Shown here piece by piece: positions 41,286-56,600 of a stretch of DNA of 64,000 bases. Every line of letters begins with the position of its first letter. Positions within the stretch are counted from its first letter, which is position 1. Made by a program: the position numbers and the translations under genes. The notes under the pieces are model-generated. The model saw only the letters and a program-made list of their open reading frames with translations. It was not told the origin of the DNA and did no database searches. The stretch spans positions 357,182,001 to 357,246,000 of the forward strand of contig OZ024742.1 in assembly GCA_964016885.1 (NCBI GenBank), in the 5' to 3' direction. Source of the stretch: Eledone cirrhosa. Taxonomy: Eukaryota.

Positions 41286-44200
41286 ACACAGACATAAGCA
41301 CATATACAGACACACACACAGACATAAGTACATATACAAACACACACACAGGCATAAGCACATATACAGACACATACACAGACATAAGCCCATATACAGA
41401 CACACACACAGGCATAAGCACATATACAGACACACACAGACATAAGAACATATACAGACACATACACAGACATAAGCACATATACAGACACACACACAGA
41501 CATAAGTACATCTACAGACACATACACAGACATAACCACATATACAGACATACACAGACATAAGTACATCTACAGACACACACAGACATAAGCACACATA
41601 CATACACACACACAGACATAAGCACATATACTGACACATACACAGACATAAGCACATATACAGACACACACAGACATAAGCACACATACAGACACACACA
41701 GACATAAGCACACATACATACACAGACATAAGCACATATACAGACACATACACAGACATAAGCACATATACAGACACAAACACAGACATAAGCACATATA
41801 CAGACACATACACAGACATAAACACATATACAGACAGACACACAGTCATAAGCACATATACAGACACATACACAGACATAAGCACAAATATAGACACACA
41901 CAGACATAAGCACATATACAGACACATACACAGACATAAGCACATATACAGACACATACACAGACATAAGCACACATAAAGACACACACACAGACATAAG
42001 CACATATACAGACACATACACAGACATAAGCACATATACAGACACATACACAGACATAAGTACATATACAGACACACACAGACATAAGCACATATACAGA
42101 CACACACACAGGCATAAGCACATATACAGACACATACACAGACATAAGTACATATACAGACACACACACAGACATAAGTACATATACAGACACACACAGA
42201 CATAAGCACATATACAAACACACACACAGACATAAGCACATATACAGACACACACACAGACACAAGCACATATACAGACACATACACAGGCATAAGCACA
42301 TATACAGACACATACACAGGCATAAGCACATATACAGACACATACACAGACATAAGCACATATACAGACACATACACAGACATAAGCACATATATAGACA
42401 CACACAGACATAAGCAGATATACAGACACACACACAGACATAAGCACATATACAGACACACACACAGACATAAGTACATATACAGACACACACACAGACA
42501 TAAGCACATATACAGACACATACACAGACATAAGCACATATACAGACACACACACAGACATAAGCACATATATAGACACACACACAGACATAAGCAGATA
42601 TACAGACACACACACAGGCATAAGCACATATACAGACACATACACAGGCATAAGCACATATACAGACACATACACAGACATAAGCACATATACAGACACA
42701 TACACAGACATAAGTACATAGACAGACACATACACAAGCATAAGCACATATACAGACACACACACAGACATAAGCACATATACAGACACATACACAGACA
42801 TAAGCACATATACAGACACACATACACAGACATAAGCACATATACAGACACATACACAGACATAAGCACATATACAGACACATACACAGACATAAGCACA
42901 TATACAGACACACATACACAGACATAAGCACATATACAGACACATACACAGACATAAGCACACATACAGACACACACACAGACATAAGCACATATACAGA
43001 CACATACACAGACATAAGCACATAGACAGTCACATACACAGACATAAGCACATATACAGACACATACACAGACATAAGCACATAGACAGTCGCATACACA
43101 GACATAAGCACATCTACAGACACACACACAGACATAAGCACACATACAGACACATACACAGACATAAGCACATATACAGACACATACACAGGCATAAGCA
43201 CATCTACAGACACATACACAGACATAAGCACATATACAGACACACACACAGACATAAGTACATATACAGACACATACACAGACATAAGCACATCTACAGA
43301 CACACACACAGACATAAGCACATATACAGACACATACACAGACATAAGCACATATACAGACACACACAGACATAAGCACATATACAGACACATAAACAGA
43401 CATAAGCACACATACAGACACACACACAGACATAAGTACACATACAGACACATACACAGACATAAGCACATATACAGACACATACACAGACACAAGTAGA
43501 TATACAGACACATACACAGACATAAGTACATATACAGACACATACACAGACATAAGCACATCTACAGACACACACACAGACATAAGCACATATACAGACA
43601 CATACACAGACATAAGCACATATACAGACACACACAGACATAAGCACATATACAGACACATAAACATACATAAGCACACATACAGACACACACACAGACA
43701 TAAGTACACATACAGACACATACACAGACATAAGCACATATATAGACACACACAGACATAAGCACATATATAGACACACACACAGACATAAGCACATATA
43801 CAGATACACACACAGACATAAGTACATAGACAGACACATACACAGACATAAGCACACATACAGACACACACACAGACATAAGCACACATACAGACACATA
43901 CACAGACATAAGCACATATACAGACACACACACACAGACATAAGCACATATACTGACACACACACAGACATAAGCACACATACAGACACATACACAGACA
44001 TAAGCACATATACAGACACACACAGACATAAGCACATCTACAGACACATACACATACATAAGCACATCTACAGACATATACACAGACATAAGCACATCTA
44101 CAGACACACACACAGACATAAGCACATATACAGACACATACACAGGCATAAGCACATATACAGACACACACAGACATAAGCACGCATACAGAAACACACA

Positions 44201-46875
44201 GACATAAGCACATCTACAGACACATACACAGACATAAGCACATATACAGACACATACACAGACATAAGCACATATACAGACACACACAGACATAAGCACA
44301 TATACAGACACATAAACAGACATAAGCACACATACAGACACACACACAGACATAAGTACACATACAGACACATACACAGACATAAGCACATATACAGACA
44401 CATACACAGACATAAGTACATATACAGACACATACACAGACATAAGCACATATATAGACACACACAGACATAAGCACATATATAGACACACACAGACATA
44501 AGCACATATACAGACACACACACAGACACAAGCACATATACAGATACACACACAGACATAAGTACATAGACAGACACATACACAGACATAAGCACACATA
44601 CAGACACACACACAGACATTAGCACACATACAGACACATACACAGACATAAGCACATATACAGACACACACACACAGACATAAGCACATATGCTGACACA
44701 CACACAGACATAAGCACACATACAGACACATACACAGACATAAGCACATATACAGACACACACAGACATAAGCACATCTACAGACACATACACATACATA
44801 AGCACATCTACAGACACATACACAGACATAAGCACATCTACAGACACACACACAGACATAAGCACATATACAGACACATACACAGGCATAACCACATATA
44901 CAGACACACACAGATATAAGCACGCATACAGAAACACACAGACATAAGCACATCTACAGACACATACACAGACATAAGCACATATACAGACACATACACA
45001 GGCATAAGCACATATACAGACACATACACAGACATAAGTACATATACAGACACATACACAGGCATAAGCACATATACAGACACATACACAGACATAAGCA
45101 CATATACAGACACACACAGACATAAGTACATATACAGACACACACAGACATAAGCACATATACAGACACATACACAGACATAAGCACATATACAGACACA
45201 CACACAGACATAAGCACATATACAGACACACACAGACATAAGTACATATACAGACACACACAGACATAAGCACATATACAGACACATACACAGACATAAG
45301 CACATATACAGACACACACAGACATAAGTACATATACAGACACACACAGACATAAGCACATATACAGACACATACACAGACATAAGCACATATACAGACA
45401 CATACACAGACATAAGCACATATATAGACACACACAGACATAAGCACATATACAGACACATACACAGACATAAGCACATATACAGACACATACACAGGCA
45501 TAAGCACATATACAGACACATACACAGGCATAAGCACATATACAGACACATACACAGACATAAGTACATATACAGACACATACACAGGCATAAGCACATA
45601 TACAGACACATACACAGGCATAAGCCCATATACAGACACATACACAGACATAAGCACATATATAGACACACACAGACATAAGCACATATACAGACACATA
45701 CACAGACATAAGCACATATACAGACACACACACGGACATAAGTACATATACAGACACACACACAGACATAAGCACATATACAGACACACACAGACATAAG
45801 TACATATACAGACACACACAGACATAAGCACATATACAGACACATACACAGACATAAGCACATATACAGACACACACACAGACATAAGCACATATACAGA
45901 CACATACACAGACATAAGCACATATACAGACACATACACAGACATAAGCACATATATAGACACACACAGACATAAGCACATATACAGACACATACACAGA
46001 CATAAGCACATATACAGACACACACACGGACATAAGTACATATACAGACACACACACAGACATAAGCACATATACAGACACACACAGACATAAGTACATA
46101 TACAGACACACACAGACATAAGCACATATACAGACACATACACAGACATAAGCACATATACAGACACACACACAGACATAAGCACATATACAGACACATA
46201 CACAGACATAAGCACATATACAGACACATACACAGACATAAGCACATATATAGACACACACAGACATAAGCACATATACAGACACATACACAGACATAAG
46301 CACATATACAGACACATACACAGGCATAAGCACATATACAGACACATACACAGGCATAAGCACATATACAGACACATACACAGACATAAGCACATATACA
46401 GACACACACACAGACATAAGCACATATACAGACACATACACAGGCATAAGCACATATACAGACACACACACAGACATAAGCACATATACAGACACATACA
46501 CAGACATAAGCACATATACAGACATACACACAGACATAGGCACATATACAGACACATACACAGACATAAGCACATATACAGACACACACACAGACATAAG
46601 TACATATACAGACACATACACAGACATAAGCACATCTACAGACACACACACAGACATAAATACATATACAGACACACACACAGACATAAGTACATATACA
46701 GACACATACACAGACATAAGCACATATACAGACACACACACAGACATAAGTACATATACAGACACACACACAGACATAAGTACATATACAGACACATACA
46801 CAGACATAAGCACATCTACAGACACACACACAGGCATAACACATATAGGTGTGTGTATATATATATATATATATA

Positions 46876-47121
46876 TTGGAAAATGTGTTTAATCCTTGGT
46901 ACAGTTAGGTATATTAAGACAGGGGGGAAGAAAAAATGGCTTCACTTGTGCTTTCAACAAATTTATTTTCTTCACATATTCCAAAAATAATTTTTCCCCG
47001 GATTAGAAAAAAATAATTTTTTTTTCTAATCCGGAAAAAAATTCTTTTTGGATTTTGTGAAGAAAATAAATTTGTTGAAAGCACAAGTGAAGCCATTTTT
47101 TCTTCCCCCCTGTCTTAATAC
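46876..47121. repeat. ~210-bp imperfect palindrome with a short unique flank, within (TA)n
   Basis: 46912-47012 is inverted relative to 47015-47121. Confidence 0.8.
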
Positions 47122-47220
47122 ATATATATATATATACATATATGTGCGTATATGCATATATATATGTGTGTGTATATATTTATATATATATATATATATA
47201 TATATACACGTCTATATATG

Positions 47221-47274
<54 letters not shown>

Positions 47275-47640
47275 TATAAATATATAGACGTGTATATATA
47301 TATATATATAAATAAATATACATGTTATATTATATATACTGGTACATGTGTATATATGGTTACGTGTATACGTGTATTTTGCGTTTGTGTGTGTATGCGG
47401 ATTTGCACGTATGTAGGGTGTGTGTATATGTGTAATTTGTGTTTTGGTTGACGTAATTTAGCGAACATATGTGTATTTATCTGTAGGTATGTGTGTGTGC
47501 GCATTATATACGTATTTATGTGTATATATATATTATCATCACTGATTAACATCTACCTTTCATGCTTGAATGGGTTAAAAGTTATGTTATGAGGCTAGCC
47601 AGCTCAGGTGACCACATTTTTCTCATATTCTATATATTAT

Positions 47641-47680
<40 letters not shown>

Positions 47681-47684
<4 letters not shown>

Positions 47685-48593
47685 TCATCATCATCATCAT
47701 CCTCATTTTACGTCGGCTTTACCCTGCTTGCAAGGGTGGGACGGGTCTTATTCAGCATAGCATCTCTCCACTTGCCACGGTCCTTCGTCATATCCACCGT
47801 GACCTTCAGCGATCTGAGATTTGTTCTCATCACCTCCACCCATGTTTTTCCTGGTCTTCCTTCCTCTACTGTGTCTTCCTTCATCTGGAATTTCCTGGCA
47901 CTTCTTCACCCATCGGTCATCCTCCATACGCATCACATGTCCATACCACCTCAGTCTCCTCTCCCGTACACTACAATCTATCCCTCTCAGACACAGTTTC
48001 TCTTTCAACACATTCATGCTAGGTCATTCACGCACATTTACACTGCACATCCAACGGAGCATGCTTGCCTCATTTCTCTCCAGCCGTCGCATATCCTCTG
48101 CAGTTGCTGCCCATGTCTCACTACCGTGCAGCATCGCACTCCTCACACAGGCATCATACAACTGGCCTTTCATACGCAGGGAGAAACCCTTCTTTGTAAG
48201 CAGAGGAAGCAGCTCCCTAAACTTCTTCCAACCCGTCCTTATTCTAGATACTATGGCCTCAGAACACCCTCCTCCCATGCTAATCTGATCTCCTAGGTAC
48301 TGGAAGCTATCCACCACTTCTATAGCGCCCTCCTGCATTTGAAAAATGTGTCTATCAATGCGACTTCTACTGTCTAATTTCCCTCTACATCTACTGCATA
48401 CATATTTCTCCTTACCTGTTAGTTTGCCTGCTATCCCGCTGCATCTCTTGTGTACCCAGGATCTGCATTGTGTGCATTTTATAGAATTTATGCCAGTTCC
48501 ATTTCTGCATATCGAACATGGCCATTTCTCTGACGGATTCAGAGTTTTGTCCTCTTTTCTACTCATCAACACTTTCGTCTTAGCTAGGTTCAC
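47681..48593 (-). mobile_element. RTE 3' fragment (PHD-like finger to tail)
   Basis: VNLAKTKV...WPCSIC...[12 protein letters not shown]...CSRC...FQYLGD...HGSETW...RRLRWYGHV. (GAT)n tail; flanked by (TA)n. Confidence 0.92.
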
Positions 48594-48594
48594 T

Positions 48595-49635
<1,041 letters not shown>

Positions 49636-49971
49636 GCTATTTCGGCATCCACTTGATGTGGGGAGATAAAGAGATTAGAATCATTTATTGCTTTCATTAC
49701 CTCTGGTTTAATTAAAGCAAAAACAACAAGCATAAATATGAGAAGCTTAATTGTAGAAAGAGGATTAATTTATAAACATATTGCTTTCTTTGATCTGTGG
49801 TCATTTCAGGCCTGAATGACATCCCTACATATTATATACTTACTAACATCAAACACAGCACTTTTCTTTAATGCTGGCAATTTTTTTATTTCTGTGTGTA
49901 TACCCCACACATACACACATATATATATATATATACATGTGTGTGTGTTTCTGTATATATACATTTATGTG

Positions 49972-50016
<45 letters not shown>

Positions 50017-50328
50017 GTGTATTTCTCTGTTCGATTCTGTTATAATTAGTATGCTACTAAACCAATATAGTTCAACAATACTGTTGAATGAGATGAAAGT
50101 CAAGAGTGTAGTCCTGTCAAATACCCAAATAATTCACTTTTAATTATCAAAATTATTAGATTATTCCTTTTAAAATTTGCAAAATATATCACAAAACATT
50201 TAAAAAATATCCAAAACGAATATTCCGTAATTGCTTTTGGCAAATTCACAGTTTTCCTATTTGAGTGAAAAAATTTCATTTTTTTTTGTTTTCTTTTTTT
50301 TTTCCTTTTGTCATGACACCTACACAAC

Positions 50329-50520
50329 ATAATTGTATCTTCTTTTGGGACAAGGCCACCAAATACCCAGTGCATTACTGGTACTTTATTTTATCGACCC
50401 CGTAAGGATGAAAGGCAAAGTTAACCTCAGCGGGATTTGAACTCAGAAAGTAAAGGACCGTAACTCTATGCTTCAAAGCATGGCATCAGACCCTCAAACG
50501 ATACTGCCAATCCACCACCT
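50329..50520 (-). mobile_element. S1 tRNA SINE, full length
   Basis: Reverse-complement match to 1762-1950. Confidence 0.88.
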
Positions 50521-51754
50521 TTACATCATAATACCAGTTGTTTCTTGGCATGTCTCACTGAATGAGATGTTTGTTATCCTATACAGGTATATATCTTGCA
50601 GTGACTACCATCAGTGTTGGACTTACCTGTATGTTAAATAATTTATATCTTAGGGTGACACACCTGTGGCATTTCAATTTTTAAAATATATTTTTACTTT
50701 ATCATTAGTTTTTATTCTTTGACACTAAATCATCGAAAATTATACATACTAGCAGAATATCAAACCTTCGGGTAGTTTTCTGCTAGCATGTGTAGTGGGT
50801 ATATTGATATTATACGCAAGTATATATGCATGTAGATATGTACATCAAATAAAATCGTAATTGACAATATACACAGAAATTGAATGAAGACTGTGTTACA
50901 CTGTCTTATGTAATCAGTAACGTAATCCATGATACATTAAAAAAAGACGATATTATATATAAACTGCATTAGGAGAAAATTAGTGATGGAAATATATGAA
51001 TGTTTATTTAAGTGATCGCTAACCAGAAGTGTTGACATTTGAAAATTTTAAAGAAGTGAATCTTAAAATAAACAATAAAATATATTTAATCTACAGCTAC
51101 GAAATTTAGTAGATAAATTATGTAATATTCATTCATTATTTATTCAAAGTAATCCAACTTATTTTACTAATGGGATAAAAAAGTATAAACCGTATATAGT
51201 CCTGCACACTTACTTATTATATTTAGATATATATATCTTTTTTTTTCTTCACAAATGGATGAGATACTCTAGCCACATTGAAACACCTGTAAAAATGGTC
51301 TTATTGAACTTTGAATTGCAAATGCTCTGCTACTGGAACTGCCCTTCGTTCATCCAGTTTTTGCTCACTCCTGACGAATGAAGGGCTCAAAAAGGCATGA
51401 AGTTTATCGCATCTTACCAATGAAAATAGTGAACTATTACACTATAATCTCATATATATATATATATACATTATTTATTCTTCATGATTAATATTAATAC
51501 AAAAAATCAAAATCATGTATAATTATTAATAATTTTTTACCTGGAAATTTATAGAGAAAGGCTTCAAATTTCCTATAGCTTACGACCTCAACAGGTTAAA
51601 GTCCAGCCCTGACAGAGGATATATGTATCATATATCTTTCTATTCTTGATCATATCAATAACTTCAAAACTCATTCATTAGCTTTTTTATTGATTTCAAC
51701 AGAATGAAAGATAAATTTAACCTTTCTAGGATTTGAACTGAGAATGAAAGGATT

Positions 51755-52510
51755 TGTACTAAACATACAAAGTCAGAAAACGGGCACAGCTCCCATGACT
51801 TTTGGAAATATTTTTTTCATGCTCAGAGTTGCTGAAGCATGGAACAAACTCCCTGCATCAGTTGTTAGCTGTCGAGACACTTCATCCTTTAAAACCTCCA
51901 TGGAACAAACTACCTGCATCTGTTGTTAGCTGTCGAGACACTGCATCCTTTAAAACCTCCATGGAACAAATTACCTGAATCAGTTGTTAGCTGTCGAGAC
52001 ACTGCATCCTTTAAAACCTCCATGGAACAAACTACTTGCATCAGTTGTTAGCTGTCAAGACACTGCATCCTTTAAAACCTCCATGGAACAAACTACCTGA
52101 ATCAGTTGTTAGCTGTCGAGACACTGCATCCTTTAAAACCTCCATGGAACAAACTACCTGCATCAGTTGTTAGCTGTCGAGACACTGCATCCTTTAAAAC
52201 ATCCATGGAACAAACTACCTGAATCAGTTGTTAGCTGTCGAAACACTGCATCCTTTAAAACCTCCATGGAACAAACTACCTGAATCAGTTGTTAGCTGTC
52301 AAGACACTGTTTCCTTTAAAACCTCCATGCTTCCCAAGATTCGCCAACACTACACCAGATATTCCTCCTCCATACACATGCACACATGTATTTCATGACA
52401 CACACTGTTCACTTCCCTGACATTTGTACATTATCCTATGTACTATACATGCACCCTTGATGAGTTGTAGTGCACCTGAGCACTGTACACAATAATTTCT
52501 TTATTATTAT
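51755..52510 (+). mobile_element. CR1-like LINE 3' fragment
   Basis: FFMLRVAEAWNKLPASVVSCRDT.SFKTS matches the CR1 ORF2 C-terminal FF..RV...WN.LP..VV......FK motif. Followed by a 3' UTR and (ATT) tail. Confidence 0.75.
51838..52329 (+). repeat. 61-bp minisatellite (~8 copies) derived from the CR1 ORF2 end
   Basis: Unit catggaacaaactacctgcatcagttgttagctgtcgagacactgcatcctttaaaacctc. Confidence 0.92.
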
Positions 52511-52529
52511 ACTGCAAGGTATTTTGCTC

Positions 52530-52800
52530 AATCATCATCATCATTTAACGTCCATTTATCCATACTAGCATGGGTTAATCGAGTTATCCTCTTGTGAGCA
52601 ATGCCAGGTCAGGTGACCATGTCTTGCTCCTACAGAACTGATTTTGGCTTGGTTTCTATGGCTGGATGCCCTTCCTAATGCCAACCATATTTACAATGAA
52701 TAATGGGTGGCTTTTGTTTTGACACCTACGTGACTACTTTACAGTGTGGGCTGGGTGCTTTTTGTTATGTCGCCATCATGACAATTTTATAATATTGGCT
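52530..52800 (-). mobile_element. RTE 3' UTR fragment
   Basis: catcatcatttaacgtcc...gctggatgcccttcctaatgccaacc; matches 11341-11600. Confidence 0.85.
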
Positions 52801-53062
52801 GGGGGCTTCACTAGATGTACCAATGATTCTGCCAAAAGACTGCCATGAATAGTTGACCAATACATTTAATGTCTAGCTATATTTAGTTTTGTTCTGGTTT
52901 CAATACATATCATTGCAGGTGAACAACTTCCACCACTTCGTCTCTCCATGGTTAATGAAATATGTACTAAGTATTTACTAGATTCATTCAATCAGTTATA
53001 CTCCTCCCACATACTTGTTCTTTGTGACAATATAAGAGATAAACTGATCTGTATTTGCCATT

Positions 53063-53365
53063 TGAAGGTGTAGGATGTAGTGGGAAGAGTATTCAGCTCA
53101 TGATCATAAGGTCATGAGTTCAATTTCTAGTAGTGTGTTGTGTTCTTGAGTAAGACATTTTACTTCACATTGCTCCTATCTACTCCGCTGGCAAAAATGA
53201 TTTATACCGGTAATTCAAAGGGCCAGCTTTGTTACATTCCGTGTCATGCTGAATCTCAATGAGAACTATGTTAAGTGTATGCATGTCTGTGGAATGCTCA
53301 GTCACTTGCTGTTAATTTCCCAAGTAGGCTGTTCCATTAATCGAATCAAATGGAACATTTGTCGT
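53063..53365 (+). mobile_element. Second tRNA-derived SINE family (CORE-like), degraded
   Basis: A-box-like tgtagtgg, B-box gagttcaatttc, then gtgttcttgagtaagacattttacttcacattgct. Confidence 0.6.
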
Positions 53366-53419
53366 AATTTAATTTTCTCCTAATTTTTTTTATTATATTT
53401 TCCTTTCATTATTACTGTC

Positions 53420-53648
53420 TTACCGCCAAGGTTCACTTTAACTTTCATCATTACGGGGTTGATAAAATAAAGTACCAGTAATGTACTGGGTAATTGCTTG
53501 CCTTGTGCCTAAAGTAGAAACAATTATTACTGTCTTCATCCTTACAATGTTGATAAAATAATGTACCAGTAACACACTGGGTCGATTTAACCGACTTTCA
53601 ACTCTCTCAAAAATTGTTGGCCCTGTTGTGCCTATATCAGAAACCATT
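53420..53648 (+). mobile_element. Two tandem S1-type SINE 3' halves
   Basis: gataaaataaagtaccagtaa...gtgcctaaagtagaaacaatt, then gataaaataatgtaccagtaa...gtgcctatatcagaaacc. Confidence 0.8.
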
Positions 53649-53649
53649 T

Positions 53650-56600
53650 GGTGTGGTAGTATTGGTAGAGGGTAGGACACCATGCTAGGGTGGTGGATTG
53701 GTAGTATTGGTAGAGGGTAGGACACGATGCTAGGGTGGTGGATTGGTAGTATTGGTAGAGGGTAGGACACCATCCTAGGGTGGTGGATTGGTAGTATTGG
53801 TAGAGGGTAGGACACGATGCTAGGGTGGTGGATTGGTAGTATTGGTAGAGGGTAGGACACCATGCTAGGGTGGTGGATTGGTAGTATTGGTAGAGGGTAG
53901 GACACCATGCTAGGGTGGTGGATTGGTAGTATTGGTAGAGGGTCAGACACCATGTTAGGGTGGTGGATTGGTAGTATTGGTAGAAGGTCAGACACCATGC
54001 TAGGGTGGTGGATTGGTAGTATTGGTAGAGGGTAGGACACCATGCTAGGGTGGTGGATTGCTAGTATTGGTAGAGGGTAGGACACCATGCTAGGGTGGTG
54101 GATTGGTAGTATTGGTAGAGGGTAGGACACCATGCTAGGGTGGTGGATTGGTAGTATTGGTAGAGGGTAGGACACCATGCTAGGGTGGTGGATTGGTAGT
54201 ATTGGTAGAGGGTCAGACACCATGTTAGGGTGGTGGATTGGTAGTATTGGTAGAAGGTCAGACACCATGCTAGGGTGGTGGATTGGTAGTATTGGTAGAG
54301 GGTAGGACACCATGCTAGGGTGGTGGATTGCTAGTATTGGTAGAGGGTAGGACACCATGCTAGGGTGGTGGATTGGTAGTATTGGTAGAAGGTCAGACAC
54401 CATGCTAGGGTGGTGGATTGGTAGTATTGGTAGAGGGTCAGACATCATGTTAGGGTGGTGGATTGGTAGTATTGGTAGAAGGTCAGACACCATGCTAGGG
54501 TGGTGGATTGGTAGTATTGGTAGAGGGTAGGACACCATGCTAGGGTGGTGGATTGGTAGTATTGGTAGAGGGTAGGACACCATCCTAGGGTGGTGGATTG
54601 GTAGTATTGGTAGAGGGTAGGACACCATGCTAGGGTGGTGGATTGGTAGTATTGGTAGAGGGTAGGACACCATGCTAGGGTGGTGGATTGGTAGTGTTGG
54701 TAGAGGGTAGTACACCATGCTAGGGTGGTGGATTGGTAGTATTGGTAGAGGGTCGGACACCATGCTAGGGTGGTGGATTGGTAGTATTGGTAGAGGGTAG
54801 GACACCATGCTAGGGTGGTGGATTGCTAGTATTGGTAGAGGGTAGGACACCATGCTAGGGTGGTGGATTGGTAGTATTGGTAGAGGGTAGGACACCATGC
54901 TAGGGTGGTGGATTGGTAGTATTGGTAGAGGGTAGGACACCATGCTAGGGTGGTGGATTGGTAGTATTGGTAGAGGGTCAGACACCATGTTAGGGTGGTG
55001 GATTGGTAGTATTGGTAGAAGGTCAGACACCATGCTAGGGTGGTGGATTGGTAGTATTGGTAGAGGGTAGGACACCATGCTAGGGTGGTGGATTGCTAGT
55101 ATTGGTAGAGGGTAGGACACCATGCTAGGGTGGTGGATTGGTAGTATTGGTAGAAGGTCAGACACCATGCTAGGGTGGTGGATTGGTAGTATTGGTAGAG
55201 GGTCAGACACCATGTTAGGGTGGTGGATTGGTAGTATTGGTAGAAGGTCAGACACCATGCTAGGGTGGTGGATTGGTAGTATTGGTAGAGGGTAGGACAC
55301 CATGCTAGGGTGGTGGATTGCTAGTATTGGTAGAGGGTAGGACACCATGCTAGGGTGGTGGATTGGTAGTATTGGTAGAGGGTAGGACACCATGCTAGGG
55401 TGGTGGATTGGTAGTATTGGTAGAGTGTAGGACACCATGCTAGGGTGGTGGATTGGTAGTATTGGTAGAGGGTAGGACACCATGCTAGGGTGGTGGATTG
55501 GTAGTATTGGTAGAGTGTAGGACACCATGCTAGGGTGGTGGATTGGTAGTATTGGTAGAGGGTAGGACACCATCCTAGGGTGGTGGATTGGTAGTATTGG
55601 TAGAGGGTAGGACACCATGCTAGGGTGGTGGATTGGTAGTATTGGTAGAGGGTAGGACACCATGCTAGGGTGGTGGATTGGTAGTGTTGGTAGAGGGTAG
55701 TACACCATGCTAGGGTGGTGGATTGGTAGTATTGGTAGAGGGTCGGACACCATGCTAGGGTGGTGGATTGGTAGTATTGGTAGAGGGTAGGACACCATGC
55801 TAGGGTGGTGGATTGGTAGTATTGGTAGAGGGTAGGACACCATGCTAGGGTGGTGGATTGGTAGTGTTGGTAGAGGGTAGTACACCATGCTAGGGTGGTG
55901 GATTGGTAGTATTGGTAGAGGGTCGGACACCATGCTAGGGTGGTGGATTGGTAGTATTGGTAGAGGGTAGGACACCATGCTAGGGTGGTGGATTGGTAGT
56001 ATTGGTAGAGGGTAGGACATCATGCTAGGGTGGTGGATTGGTAGTATTGGTAGAGGGTCGGCCACCATGTTAGGGTGGTGGATTGGCAGTATTGGTAGAG
56101 GGTAGGACACCATGCTAGGGTGGTGGATTGGTAGTATTGGTAGAGGGTCGGACACCATGCTAGGGTGGTGGATTGGTAGTATTGGTAGAGGGTAGGACAC
56201 CATCCTAGGGTGGTGGATTGGTAGTATTGGTAGAGGGTCGGACACCATGCCAGCGTGGTGGATTGGTAGTATTGGTAGAGAGTAGGACACCATTCTAGGG
56301 TGGTGGATTGGTAGTATTGGTAGAGGGTCGGACACCATGCCAGCGTGGTGGATTGGTAGTATTGGTAGAGGGTAGGACACCATCCTAGGGTGGTGGATTG
56401 GCAGTATTAGTAGAGGGTTGGACACCATGCTAGGGTGGTGGATTGGTAGTATTGGTAGAGGGTAGGACACCATGCTAGGGTGGTGGATTGGTAGTATTGG
56501 TAGAGGGTAGGACACCATGCTAGGGTGGTGGATTGGTAGTATTGGTAGAGGGTAGGACACCATGCTAGGGTGGTGGATTGGTAGTATTGGTAGAGGGTAG

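Larger units (their letters stand above)
27420..46845. repeat. ~19.4-kb 30-bp (28/30/32) minisatellite array
   Basis: Consensus acagacataagcacatatacagacaca(t/c)ac; length variants differ by CA units. Confidence 0.97.

Noticed and set aside
27264-46844. Many long Cys/Val/Tyr/Met-rich ORFs on the minus strand
   Set aside because: All three minus frames are open because the 30-bp repeat has no stop on that strand. They are not genes.
50745-50792. Hairpin catactagcagaa...ttctgctagcatg (Helitron or MITE end?)
   Set aside because: No partner terminus or second copy is visible.
51366-51410. CTGACGA...GAAG hammerhead-like string
   Set aside because: It lacks GAAA, stem I and stem III, so it is likely chance.
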